The position numbers and the translations under genes were made by a program. Source: Marsupella aquatica (lineage: Eukaryota > Plantae > Marchantiophyta). Taken from it: 64,000 nucleotides of DNA. Shown here in pieces: positions 33,501-44,677 of the stretch; position 1 is the stretch's first letter, and the number at the start of each line of letters is the position of its first letter. A model generated the notes under the pieces. The model made no database searches and was not told the DNA's origin. It was given only the letters and a program-made list of their open reading frames with translations. The DNA is taken from assembly GCA_973895155.1 (NCBI GenBank), contig OZ316896.1, forward strand, positions 5,694,166 to 5,758,165, written 5' to 3'.

Positions 33501-36445
33501 ATCCACGAGGCTTGGCATCATAGGATAAGGAGTGGACTTTTCAATCATCTTGTACAAAGCCTGACCCTAAACTGTCACCGTGTTTACAGAGGTCGTTAAG
33601 AGTGAAAGTGTACCTCGTCCACGAAAATGAAATTGGATGTGTCGACCCCACTGACTTTAAAAAGCCAGGCCGCCTCGTTTTTCTGTACAAAATCCTCCTT
33701 TCGCATGTTAATTACAGGAAGAATGTACTGGGACTCTTGATTAATCTTGCAGTGAAGGAAGTAGGCATACGCAATCGTAGACACCATCGAATCCAAGTCT
33801 GCATCCAATTAATTCAGAAAATAGCTTGGGTTTAGGACATGATGATATCTCTACCACGGTTGTCGCAGTTCTCGTAAGCATTCAGGTGTGACAGCGTGGG
33901 CTTTATATACACAGGGCCGATAGCGGGGCCAATAGGCAGTAAGTGGAACATAGATGATCAACTGAATCTTGAAGTAGGCTAGGAGAATATCGGATGACGT
34001 ACCTGAATTCTCCTTACCCAACACAACGGTTAGATATCTTCCCAGCACCTCTGCTTCGACCTCTTTTCTGCAGCCATCGAGAAACTTGTTGAGCCCAGAA
34101 ATGTCCCCCGGGAACGGGCCCATCCCGCCAAAGGGGAGCCACCCTCCGTTGTAACTTGCAGCGGCCACCTTAGTTAGTGGCATTCCGACATTATCCTCAG
34201 TAGCACCATCGTTTTGGAAGGCGGGAAAAGCACTCTTAGTTGCATCCGGCTTCCGGCTTTTACTAGGAGTGTGCCTAGAGCCAGCTGCAGAGTTATACAC
34301 ATTTTCCTGCTTCAAGTTGCCACCAGTAGGATAGTGTCTGCCATGCATGTTGGCATAGTCTGCTGCACTTCCTAAGTTTCTCCCACTACCCTGTCTGGTG
34401 AGAGGAGCAAGAGATGCATTTTCCTCCTTGAAGTTCTTGTTCCTACTGCTGCTCCTTCGCCTTGAGCCAGTTGCAAAGTCAGATTCACCTTCATGCCTCA
34501 AGCTTCTACCGGGAGTCAATTTGTCCCTTCGCCTTGAGCCAGTTGCCAAGTCAGATTCTCCTTCATGTCTCAAGCTTCTACTGGGAGTCAAGTTGTCCCT
34601 TCGCCTTGAGGCAGTTGCCAAGTCAGATTCACCTTCATGCCACAAGCTTCTACCAGGAAAGTCAGCCGCTGAATCATCTTCACGCTTCAAGTTCCCACCG
34701 TTGCTAACGAGCCTTCTATTTGTCCTGTGAGTATCAGCCGGTCCTTTCTTCTCTTCATCTTCACGATTCAAGTTGTCCTTGTTTCTACTGATCATGCTCC
34801 TCCGCCTTGAACCAGTTGCCAAGTCAGATTCACCTTCATGCCTCACGCTTCTACCGGGAAAGTCAGCCGCTGATTCATCTTCAGGCTTCAAGTTCCCACC
34901 GTTGCTAACGAGCCTTCTATTTGTCCTGTGAGTATCAGCCGGTCCTTTCTTCTCTTCATCTTCACGATTCAAGTTGTCCTTGTTTCTACTGATCATGCTC
35001 CTTCGCCTTGAGCCAGTTGCCAAGTCAGATTCGCCTTCATGCCTCAAGCTTCTACCGGGAAAGTCAGCCGCTGATTCACCTTCAGGCTTCAAGTGCCCAC
35101 CTCTATTTGTCCTTTGACTATCAGCCGGTCCTTTCTTCTCTTCATCTTCGCGCTTGAAGTTGTCCTTGCTCCTACTGGTGCTGCTTCGCCTTGCGCCAGC
35201 TACAGAGTCAGCTTCACCTTCATGCCTCAAGCTCTGCCTCGAGCTTCTACCGGGGCTTCTACCCTGAAAGTCAGGTGCTATATCATGTTCACGCTTCAAG
35301 TTTCCACCGGTGCCAGCGTGCCTTCTATTGGTCTTGTGAGTGTCAGCAGGCCTTTCATCTTCGCGCTTCAGGTTCCCACCAGAGCTAGCATGCCTCCTGT
35401 CTGTCCTGGTGGCATCAGCTGGTTTTTCGTCCCTCATCTCTGATCTCAGTGATCTTACTTTGGAATGGTTGGGTCCTGCGCCGTCCAGCTTCAAATCAAC
35501 GTTCAAGCCGTCACTGCTGCCTGCCCTGGTGTTTGCAAATCTGGCGCTACTGGATCGAGCTTCTTGCGGCTTTAAGAAAATCTCGGTGCTGTCGAGATTG
35601 ATCAGTCTTTTTGCTCCACTGGGCATTACGATGGTAGCCGATCCAGCAGGAGAATCAGGTGGGATGCGCTGACGAATTTGAGCAGGTGATAGTTCCCTGT
35701 GACCATTTGATGGTTTCGTAAGGTTCCTCACTATGCTTGAAGCCGAATTGGACCTCCTCAAACTATTATTTTTAACTGCAGGAACATATTCATGCTTGGT
35801 TTCCTCGGCATTAGCTGGCTTCGTTGGTAAATCTCTTGACTGTGAGGCAGTCATATTTGCGTACTTTTGAGTCCTGCTCGCTGGCATACTGTCCACATCC
35901 CTTCGCGCAGGCTTGTCCTCGTTCTCGGAGGTTGAGGACCTACTGTTTTCGGAGATCTCCTTTTGGCGGCCTTGCTTACGAGATGCAGTACCTCTTCTTC
36001 CAGGAGGCGGCTCTCGTAAACTGTTTACCCAACTACTGGTGCTGTTCTCCACGAAGGGATCCAATGTAGTCGCCCTTGCAGCATGCACCTGGTCATTGTT
36101 TTGGAGCCCTATTGAGTGCTTCATTAACTCCTCTCGTATTAGGAGGATATCGTGTGCTCGTCGTTGTGTTTCTTCTTGATTGGGCGATGAATCTGAAGGA
36201 GAAGAATCCGCGGAAGATTTTGGTGATCTCGAGGTCCTTATTCGTGGAAGATGGGTGCCTAAGGAGTCAACGAAATCAGCAGCATCAGCAGCATCAGGAG
36301 CTGTAAAAGGCGACCACGTTGATGATCTTGATGATGTCGAAACTGTACTACTGTTGGTGGAGCGGGCGGGTTTGGAATCCACAACATCAGTAGCAGCAAA
36401 TGAAGCTGTATCGGAGAATTTCGCTGCCGGCCTTGATGACTTCAA
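30521..36445 (-). CDS. PRUNE/PPX1-like DHH-DHHA2 phosphoesterase (exopolyphosphatase-like) with a ~800-aa low-complexity, repeat-containing N-terminal extension
   Basis: Phase-consistent exons: 34003-(>=36445), 33614-33798, 33385-33465, 33140-33184, 32618-32662, 32357-32443, 32095-32227, 31826-31909, 31559-31660, 31040-31104, 30772-30877, 30521-30615. Motifs: VVLGKENSDLDS (motif I DxD), LPVINM, LVLVDHS (II), IIDHN (III, normally DHH), VGSCCTII, ILLDTTNL (IV), REILV, ASRK. The start codon is unresolved. Confidence 0.88.
34440..35400 (-). repeat. Coding tandem repeats inside the DHH gene: 201-bp (67-aa) and 72-bp (24-aa) units
   Basis: AGTCAGCCGCTGA at 34660, 34861 and 35062 (period 201). CGCCTTGAG at 34458, 34530 and 34602 (period 72). 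The protein core is RSLRHEGESDLATGSRRR. Confidence 0.92.
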
Positions 36446-37883
36446 ATTTCTACTTCTTGGGGGACGGATACCATTCGAATCCCGATGACCAGTTACATTA
36501 GCTGCTTACAGGCAATCGGCAAATGTTAGTGACTGTTACCTGGATCGTTTCCACATAGGTCCATGAATTTCAACAAATACAACTCGAAGTTTGCAAGACA
36601 AACCTCCGAAATTCACAACTGTGAGTTTGGAGAATTAAACAGTAGGCTTACTTGATGTTGCGTGTTTGTAGAAGTTGGACAGGCTCTTGTTCAAACGTTC
36701 GCGAGCCTCCGTAGGCATTTCCTGCGTTACATGCAAATGCGTCAATCTATGAAAATTACAGCACTGCTGTCATATATTTTGACTTCAGTCTACCGCCACA
36801 TCAAAATTAGTGAAATCCAGTAGTTCAAATTTGACGTTCAACAGGCAGGATAGACGGAGCACGATTAAAAATAAGATTGTTTCTTGCCTCATTTCACTAA
36901 TTACAGTATCTAGATCCAGTTGAGCTTGAAGAGAAGGGCAGGCAGCCAATTATAAGACGATAGGTAGCGGGTCTGTTCAACATGATGCAAGGAAGCCATA
37001 GACGCACCTGCTTGCGGGCACGAGAGGTACATCGACAAATTGAGGTCAGAACTACGGGAATTTCACGAGAATTGGCTTAGTGAATTCATCACTCAGCGTT
37101 GCATGGATCCCGTACCTTCAGTTGCATTCCGCTGCAGTTTGCGTGCAATCGACAAGCTGTGAAGTCGAGTCACACACACATGATTAGAGCTCTCCATGCA
37201 CTGTGCCTTCCTTCGATGCTAGAGGCTTTTTCCTGCCAGTCTCCAGAATCGTCCGTCTGCCTGATTACGTGACTTCCACACGATTGATAATCCTCTCTCT
37301 GGAAATTATCGCTCACAGCCCCGGCCGGATGGGCATTCAACTGATCGATCGATCAATTCTGAAGCAATCTAATTAATCTTGTGAATGAGTAGAAGGGACG
37401 GAATCAAGCAGTATCTGACTCAGTTGGCAATTAATTTGTGTTTCGTAGCCGCCTGTGTAAGCTATAAGCTGAACAAATGGATAAATTAATAAGAGAGCCA
37501 TTGGTAACACCCACAGTGCTTGACTGTATCTTGACCAAGTCCGTTGGCCGAATTCTTTTCCCACCTCGCCACCAGTCCAAAATCAGGTCGATCAAGGATC
37601 GATCGACGAAAACAAGTTCCGCGTTGTCGAAATTCTAGTATTCGTCCGCCTTGTTGATTACTCTATTTCGTGCACTGGAATTGCACGACCGGCCGCATTA
37701 GAAATTGTTTGGACACTAGCTTGCGTCTGATGCCATCTGCCAAAAGGGATGAGTGCTCGACAGGAATGACATCGAGCATAACGTCGAGCGCCAACCATAG
37801 CTTTTGACGGGAGAGGATAACTGAATGGAATTTAATTTTGGACTCGAAAGCGGGAAGACAAAAACAATACTTACACAAGCCCA

Positions 37884-38305
37884 GTTCACCGTAATTAGTG
37901 TTATCCAACAATTAGGGCAAAATTAGTGTTATTAGCACTATTTTTGATAAACATAATTTTGATTACCATAATTAGTTGTTATGCAAAAATTAATACAAAA
38001 TTAGTGTTATTAACTCTATTTCTGATAAAAATGATTTTGAGTCCAATTAACACTAACAGTTTTTTTTCACTTTTATTTATGTTGCTAGCAAAAAATGGAC
38101 TATCTTGAGTCCAAAGTAACACTAATTATTGTGGATTTTTCAAAACAGTGTTTTTCCCTCTATTTTTTTCACTCTTGAGATCATAGTAACACCGATTCAT
38201 GTGTGTGGAAATAGTGTTAGCACAAAATTAGTGTGACTAATTCACGAGTAGACCGTGAAAATGGGCACTTTTGAATTACTATTAGTCACACTAATTACGG
38301 TGAAC
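37884..38305. mobile_element. AT-rich MITE-like element with 18-bp terminal inverted repeats
   Basis: GTTCACCGTAATTAGTGT (37884-37901) is the exact reverse complement of ACACTAATTACGGTGAAC (38288-38305). Multiple internal AATTAGTG/CACTAA motifs. TSD unclear, with a possible TA if the ends extend a few bases. Confidence 0.7.
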
Positions 38306-39080
38306 AGTGTAATATATTTTAAATTCCTCAGTTTTCCTTGTGCTTTGGCCAATTGATGCCCTTAGTGACTTTTCACGTTTGCCACTTAATGACCTTACAT
38401 TTGATTTTTATGGGTCTAGTTAGAGACTTGCAAATTTATAAATTCAGAGAAAATTCCACATCATCCATTAATTCTTATCCGTTGGATTTTACTTATCAAT
38501 GGTGGAGATTGTGTGACCATTGAAGACACTCGTGTGGCAACCGTGAATGAAATGTTGGGTACATCTGCAGGAATGCTATACATTCTTTGATGCCAAATTT
38601 AAACAAAAACTTGGATAGTACTTGGGACAATAAAATAAGATAACAAGCTAGTCGTAACCATTGATGTTTGTTGATCAATGATGAGAGTTGTGCAATGTGG
38701 GTTGATGCACAATAAAGTTGCTCATGTATTAATTGCCATGTGTGCAAGAATGGAAGCATGTGCAAGAATAGTAATGTGTGAGAAGTATAACGCATGTCAA
38801 ATCTATGCTAATTGTCGCTCAAAAATTGGGAAAGAGTAATTATTAAATATGGGCCAGTAATGTGGGTCAACTAAGTTGAGGCCAAAATCAACATGGATCT
38901 CTAAAACAAATCATTTTTTTCTACTCAACCAAATGGGCTGAACATTCTCTAGGGGATAGAGGAAAGCTAGGGAAATCTAGAGTTAAAGTTGAAGCTCAAA
39001 CTTACCTCCAAATTGTGAATTAAAAATATATTGATATTCCAACTTTGTCTTACAATCTTAGTTACTCTAAGCCTATATAT

Positions 39081-39530
39081 GGATGTGTGCACCTTAATGT
39101 CTCAACTTATAACCTTATCAATTTCAGAGTTACAATTCAGGTCAAACAGTACACCGACCCTTGCGGATGTGTGCACCAGAACGCCTTAACTTGTAACCTT
39201 ATCAATTTTAAAGTTACAATTGGGGTCAAACAGTACACCGACCCTTGCGGATGTGTGCACCAGAACGCCTTAACTTGTAACCTTATCAATTTTAAAGTTA
39301 CAATTGGGGTCAAACAGTACACCGACCCTTGCGGATGTGTGCACCAGAATGCCTTGACTTGTAACCTTATCAATTTTAAAGTTACAATTGGGGTCAAACA
39401 GTACACCGATTCTTGCGGATGTGTGCACCATAATGCCTTAACTTGTAACCTTATCAATTTTAAAGTTATAATTGGGGTCAAAAAGTACACCAACCTCGCC
39501 GATGTGGGCACCAAGATGCCTTAACTTGTG
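39081..39530. repeat. 84-bp minisatellite, about 5.4 copies
   Basis: GGATGTGTGCACC at 39081, 39165, 39249, 39333 and 39417, with a degenerate copy at about 39500. Confidence 0.95.
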
Positions 39531-42500
39531 ATCTTCTTAATTGTTAACGTAAAGACATGTTATGTTAAGAGTAGTATCAAATGTTATCTTGCTTTTGCTA
39601 TTTCTATTGGAAAAGGAATTTCAAAAGGAAATAACTCTCAATCTAAAGTCTTCTTACCCCTTTCTTTGTAGCAAAGTTCCGTAGATAGAGTATCAATATT
39701 TACATTTTTCCAGTTGTCAAGATTTGAAAAAGAAATAATTATCACAAAAATCAATAGACTAAGGTAATCTTGGAACTTAACAAATGTTTGATATAGATTT
39801 ATCACAAAATATATTATCTAGCAATCACACAGTTTCTTGACCATAAGGAGAGAAGGAAAAGAAGGCAAACCTGTATAATTTCAAGTGTTGTCAAAGAATT
39901 GAGCTTGCTATTGAATGTCAAATAATTTGTAAATTCTCCCAAGTTTGTCTAGCAACCAAGAGTAAAATGTTCATCTCAAGAAAGGGCGAAGAGGTCGGCT
40001 CAACCATTGAATTGAAAGGACATTGGGCCACTTCACAACTAATAAAATCCATACAAACTGTAATTATTAAACAAAACATGCAATTCTTCAAACCTAACTG
40101 GGTCACATGATGAGAGCCATACAAAAAAAACTCTGCCACTTGATGTAAGCCTCCAAGCTTGAATGTCTCCTGTAAACCATACTCCCACCTAGCCTAAAGT
40201 ATGCTATAAACCCCCACTATGAACTCCCTAGCTAGGCACACCAAAAGAGCTAGTCATGAGTCCAACCTCCAATCAACCTGCACAAGCACAACAAATTAGT
40301 CCCTAAACATTGAACACAACAACACTAAATCTCCTATCCAACCTATTTTGTTCAGCTTATTAGAGTTATAATCTCTACATAATGGAGAATGATACATTTA
40401 ATAATAAGACAAAGTAACATCATAAAGTACAATTGATTACATAATCCACATCATGCAAGAAAATAAGTGATCATACTCCCATGAAAGTTGGTGTATATGA
40501 CCTCTCTCTCACTCTCTCCAATAGCTATGATCACCTATGATGATTCTACACTTATGGTTTTTGTTTTTATTTCCACTTGCCATGATCATTAGGACAATGA
40601 TGAGAATTTTGTTTTATTAGCAATTTAACAAATTTATTAGCAAATTATTGTCAATAAAACAAAATTAACAATTGAATCTTCAAACTAAGTTGCCCAAGAT
40701 AATATCATAGATATTTACAACTAGTGGTTCATTTTTCTTGTCACATCCTCTTATTATTGTAGATGAGCTTTAGATGTCAATTCTACAAAATTAAATTTTA
40801 TGCACATGAATTTCAAAATACAAATTTATAACACTCCTTTCAATGCACTTTGGCAATCTGATCTAGCCTACATAGAACACTCCTACATAGAACACTCCTT
40901 TGAATACATTTTGACAATGTGATCTAGCCCATACACAACACTCTATTGAATGCACGTTGACAATCTCATCCACCCAAAACAATTGAGCTGGACCCACATA
41001 CTAGTTCACTTTGTATTTTTTAGTAATGAGTGCATTGTTGGAGTAGATTGCCTCTAAAGATTTGTATCACCTCTTTAATAAGATTCTATTCTACTTTTAC
41101 AAAAATTAGTAAGAGTAAAAATCTATGATTAGTCAGATCTTTAATAGAGCATTGTGGCAGTAAGAGTCACTCAAAACTCAAGTTTACTCTTTGATTTTTG
41201 GGGCATTATATCACACATTGCCCTATAAACAAGACATTCTATATGTAGAAAGACTTGAGGAATCTCTCTCCTCACATGCTACCTTGAAAACTCCTTCACT
41301 CTATCTGATCCTCATGCCTATGTTATACTTAGCTTTTTATATTTAATGTGTACCAATCCAATGTCATTTGTTAGACATTTACTCTTAAGTCTACAGTTAC
41401 TATGTATTGTGATTAGTCAAACCATAGTCATGATGACAAGATTGATGGTACCAAAGGACAAAACAAGGACTAGCTCAAAAGTGAAGGAAATAACTAAAAT
41501 ATCATTAAAAATTAGCTGAACATACTTCAGAAAAGGTTGGTCACACTTCCAAAATGATATTGGGACTCCCAAGAAGTTTGTGATGCCATCCTACCCAAAG
41601 TGCTTCTTGTCTTTTGGTAGAACTACGCCTTTGGACATGAAGAAAATTCTATACCTCTCAATCTTGTTTTCCACGAGAGATGCTTGATTAGGGTTAGATG
41701 TGGAATTAGTATATTCACTAGCAGAACTTAATTAGTTAATGAAATGAACCTTAGACTCATTGTTATAAAACCAGTTGAGAAATAGCCAAGGAGAACTTAA
41801 TCAGTCTATGGATACTCAATATGGACAACGTGGTTAGAGTTAAGTGAAAATCTCTTTAGTGTTCCCATGGATGTATAGTCTGGTGAGGTGAATCACATAT
41901 CTCCATGTTGACTACTTAACATGTGTTCATTGGATGTTGCACATGATTTGCATGCAATCTTATGAGTAGCGGGTGTTTGTTTACTCATGCAACACCAGTC
42001 CATTGCACAATTGTCATTCATTTGTGAAAATCAAGTCAGAGTTTCATTCCAATAGCTCTTGTCCACACACAGATCTGTGTAGTCAAATGATGTGGAAGTA
42101 CACACAAAAGTTAGAAGGAGATCAATAGAAGGCACAAATGAGTAGGGAGAGTCAGGGTCTGAGTTGAGGTTTGAGCCAGGGTGAGGCACTTGACACATGG
42201 GGAAGGTCACAAGCTTGGTGGGAAAGGAAAGACCAACCAAGCCCCTTGAGGCTTCCCCTTCCCACCCGCCTTCCCACTGGTCCAATGATCTCCTCCCCTG
42301 GGTTTCAAAAATCCAATGGCTATTGAAAATATCACATAAATTGGACGCTACTCGGCCGACCACCTCCCCATTTTCTCCGGCCCGTCCCGTTGCCCTTGTT
42401 ACTTTTTTTTTTCCTTTGCCTCACTGCATATTTAAGGTTTTTACTCCAACTTGCTTCTTCATTTCGCCTCTTGCCATGCACCCAGACGAGTCACAAAGAG

Positions 42501-42746
42501 CTTGCAGAGGTAGAGGTAGAGGGTTCACAGAGGAGTCGGGGAGTTGGGGAGGGCGGAAGGAGAGTGGAAGGGCAAAAGGTGCATGGGACAAGATCAGCCC
42601 ACCATAGGGTCAATCATGGGTACCTGGAGGTATAGGTAGTCTGTCACATCCAACAAACAAGTAGTGACACAAGTTAGTATATAAGAGATATGGGGTTCAC
42701 CTTTTGGTCCAGACTGGGGCTATGTCCATCCAAACTAGGGCTATGT

Positions 42747-42894
42747 CCAAGGGAAAACATAAGACTGAGAGTTTTATGCATTGCATTCTCCAAGGGAAAA
42801 CATAATACTGAGAGTTTTATGCATTGCATTCTTTCTGAACGTCATAATTAGTGAGTCAGCTCATCAGATTTAGTGAGTCAGCTCATCAGATTTA
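42747..42894. repeat. Two adjacent short tandem duplications (43 bp x2 and ~22 bp x2)
   Basis: CCAAGGGAAAACATAA(G/T)ACTGAGAGTTTTATGCATTGCATTCT x2 and TAGTGAGTCAGCTCATCAGATT x2. Confidence 0.85.
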
Positions 42895-43544
42895 GCCCTG
42901 AGATGAATCGGCGCTGAGAATTCACACAGTCACGCACAACTAAGACACAGAAAGAACTTTACATAATAATTTATAGAACATTGATTGCCCAAGAACAAAA
43001 AGTGCCATACCTGGCCAATCGATCACAAAGACAAGAAATTCAATAAGAGGGCAAAAACGAAAGAAAAGTAAGTGAGGGAAGATCCACAGCCAAAAAAGCC
43101 CAACTATCAGACAAAACGCGCAACAAACTGACATGCCTGGTAGAGCTACAAAGTAATCTACATAGAAGAGCTCCAAAGTAAACTACATATGAGAGTCACT
43201 AAGAGAGATTTGAGTAGAGGCGCCTCAGTCAGCCCAAACAGGATAAGCTTTACATAAGTTGAGGACTGAAGCAGCAACAAAACTGACTGAGTTAGCTCGC
43301 TACAGAAGAGACTGTAGACTTGCTCTGATGCATGGTTATATATGACTGCTTCTGGCTTACAGATTGTGGAAAGTCTAACAATCTTTGCACCTCCCCAACT
43401 GAGGTGAGAAAGAATTATTTTCAAACAATGTCAAGTTCATATTTTTTTTGTACTTGACATTTTCATCATCATCTTAGCGAGTGAGGATTAAACCACAATT
43501 ACGTACGTGAGGTCTGAACACAATGGTGGATCGGTTTTCCATTG

Positions 43545-44601
43545 TAACCATTTCCCAGATACATTGTGGCCCAATTAACTTCTTGGAGCAACTCCACATC
43601 TTGCATGAAAGCCTCAAGCCGCTCAGAGAACTTCGACTCCTTCAGGATGGGATTCCAAGGGCCACTGACGATGCAATATCTCGTGCTCTATAGAGTCAGA
43701 TGATGAGCTCCGTGCGGTTTGCGAGAAATCAAAATGGCCTTGTCTTGCAAGAAATTCACTACGGCAGGTAGCTGCCTTTTCTTGCTGTGTGCCCCACGTA
43801 CGCATGGAATTGCTGGCTCATGACAACAAGACTCAGGAATAACTCCAGGAATGTTTCGCCGTTCGAATTACTTGGAAGTAGGAGGAAAGGAAGGAGAACG
43901 AACCCGACAGGCTAGGCAATGCCGTGGATGTTGTTGGCAAATTTTCTTTTGGTAATCCACGGTCACTTATGATGGCCCTGGAATGCATCTATTTTGCGAA
44001 CCGCAAACGGTCTTAGCATCACCGTAGTTGTCAATTTCCCAATGACTAATTCCAGTTCCCAGATCTACAAGTATGTAAGCAGCTATGGCTCCCACGCAAA
44101 CACCTGCTTCGTCAGTAACACTGTTTGCAGCTAGCAACGCTTTCGCAACCATCCCTGCCGATACTGAAGCGCCAAATCCTAACCAGAGCCTGTGCTCGAG
44201 AGTAGGCTCGAGTCTGCTATACATCCACGAGTCCCATTTCTGACTGTTTAGTGCCACGCAATGACGTTGTTTCTGCAGCTGACGTGGTTACCGCAGCTTC
44301 ATATTTGGTTCGACGTTTATCTACCACTTAGTGAGGCGCTGATTCCGCCAAGACTGCTCGAACTATACAAGGCACTCCGCTCGAATCCCTTGTAGAAATA
44401 TTCAAATGGCAGCTTCCGGCCGGATCTTGAAACGCCTACGAGATCGTGCAACCTCCTGCTGCTCTTGTTGGACGATAATGCCGAGGTGTTCTCTGAGCAG
44501 CTACTACTGAGAGAAAAATTGCATGAAAGACGGAATTCGGGCTCAGCATTATCCACGGGACGTACGTAGGAAGCGCACCTTGGACTGATGGCTGTCACCA
44601 T
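43545..44601 (-). pseudogene. FAD4: FAD4 pseudogene, a duplicate of 58271-59365
   Basis: Colinear with the intact copy from ATGGTGACAGCCATCAG onward. It has several indels, a premature stop near 44328, HWGID changed to HWEID, and a deletion removing the stop-codon region. The 3' flanks are also homologous (43264-43535 vs about 57921-58245). Confidence 0.93.
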
Positions 44602-44677
44602 GTTTACGCATAAACGGGAGTATTACACATAAACCCGGCAAAGACATGTGGAGTGCATGTTTTATGTGTAATACTCT

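Noticed and set aside
33851-34002. C-terminal 50 aa of the 864-aa ORF as real protein
   Set aside because: A G|GTACGT donor at 34002 splices in frame to the DLDS exon, so this tail is intron read-through.
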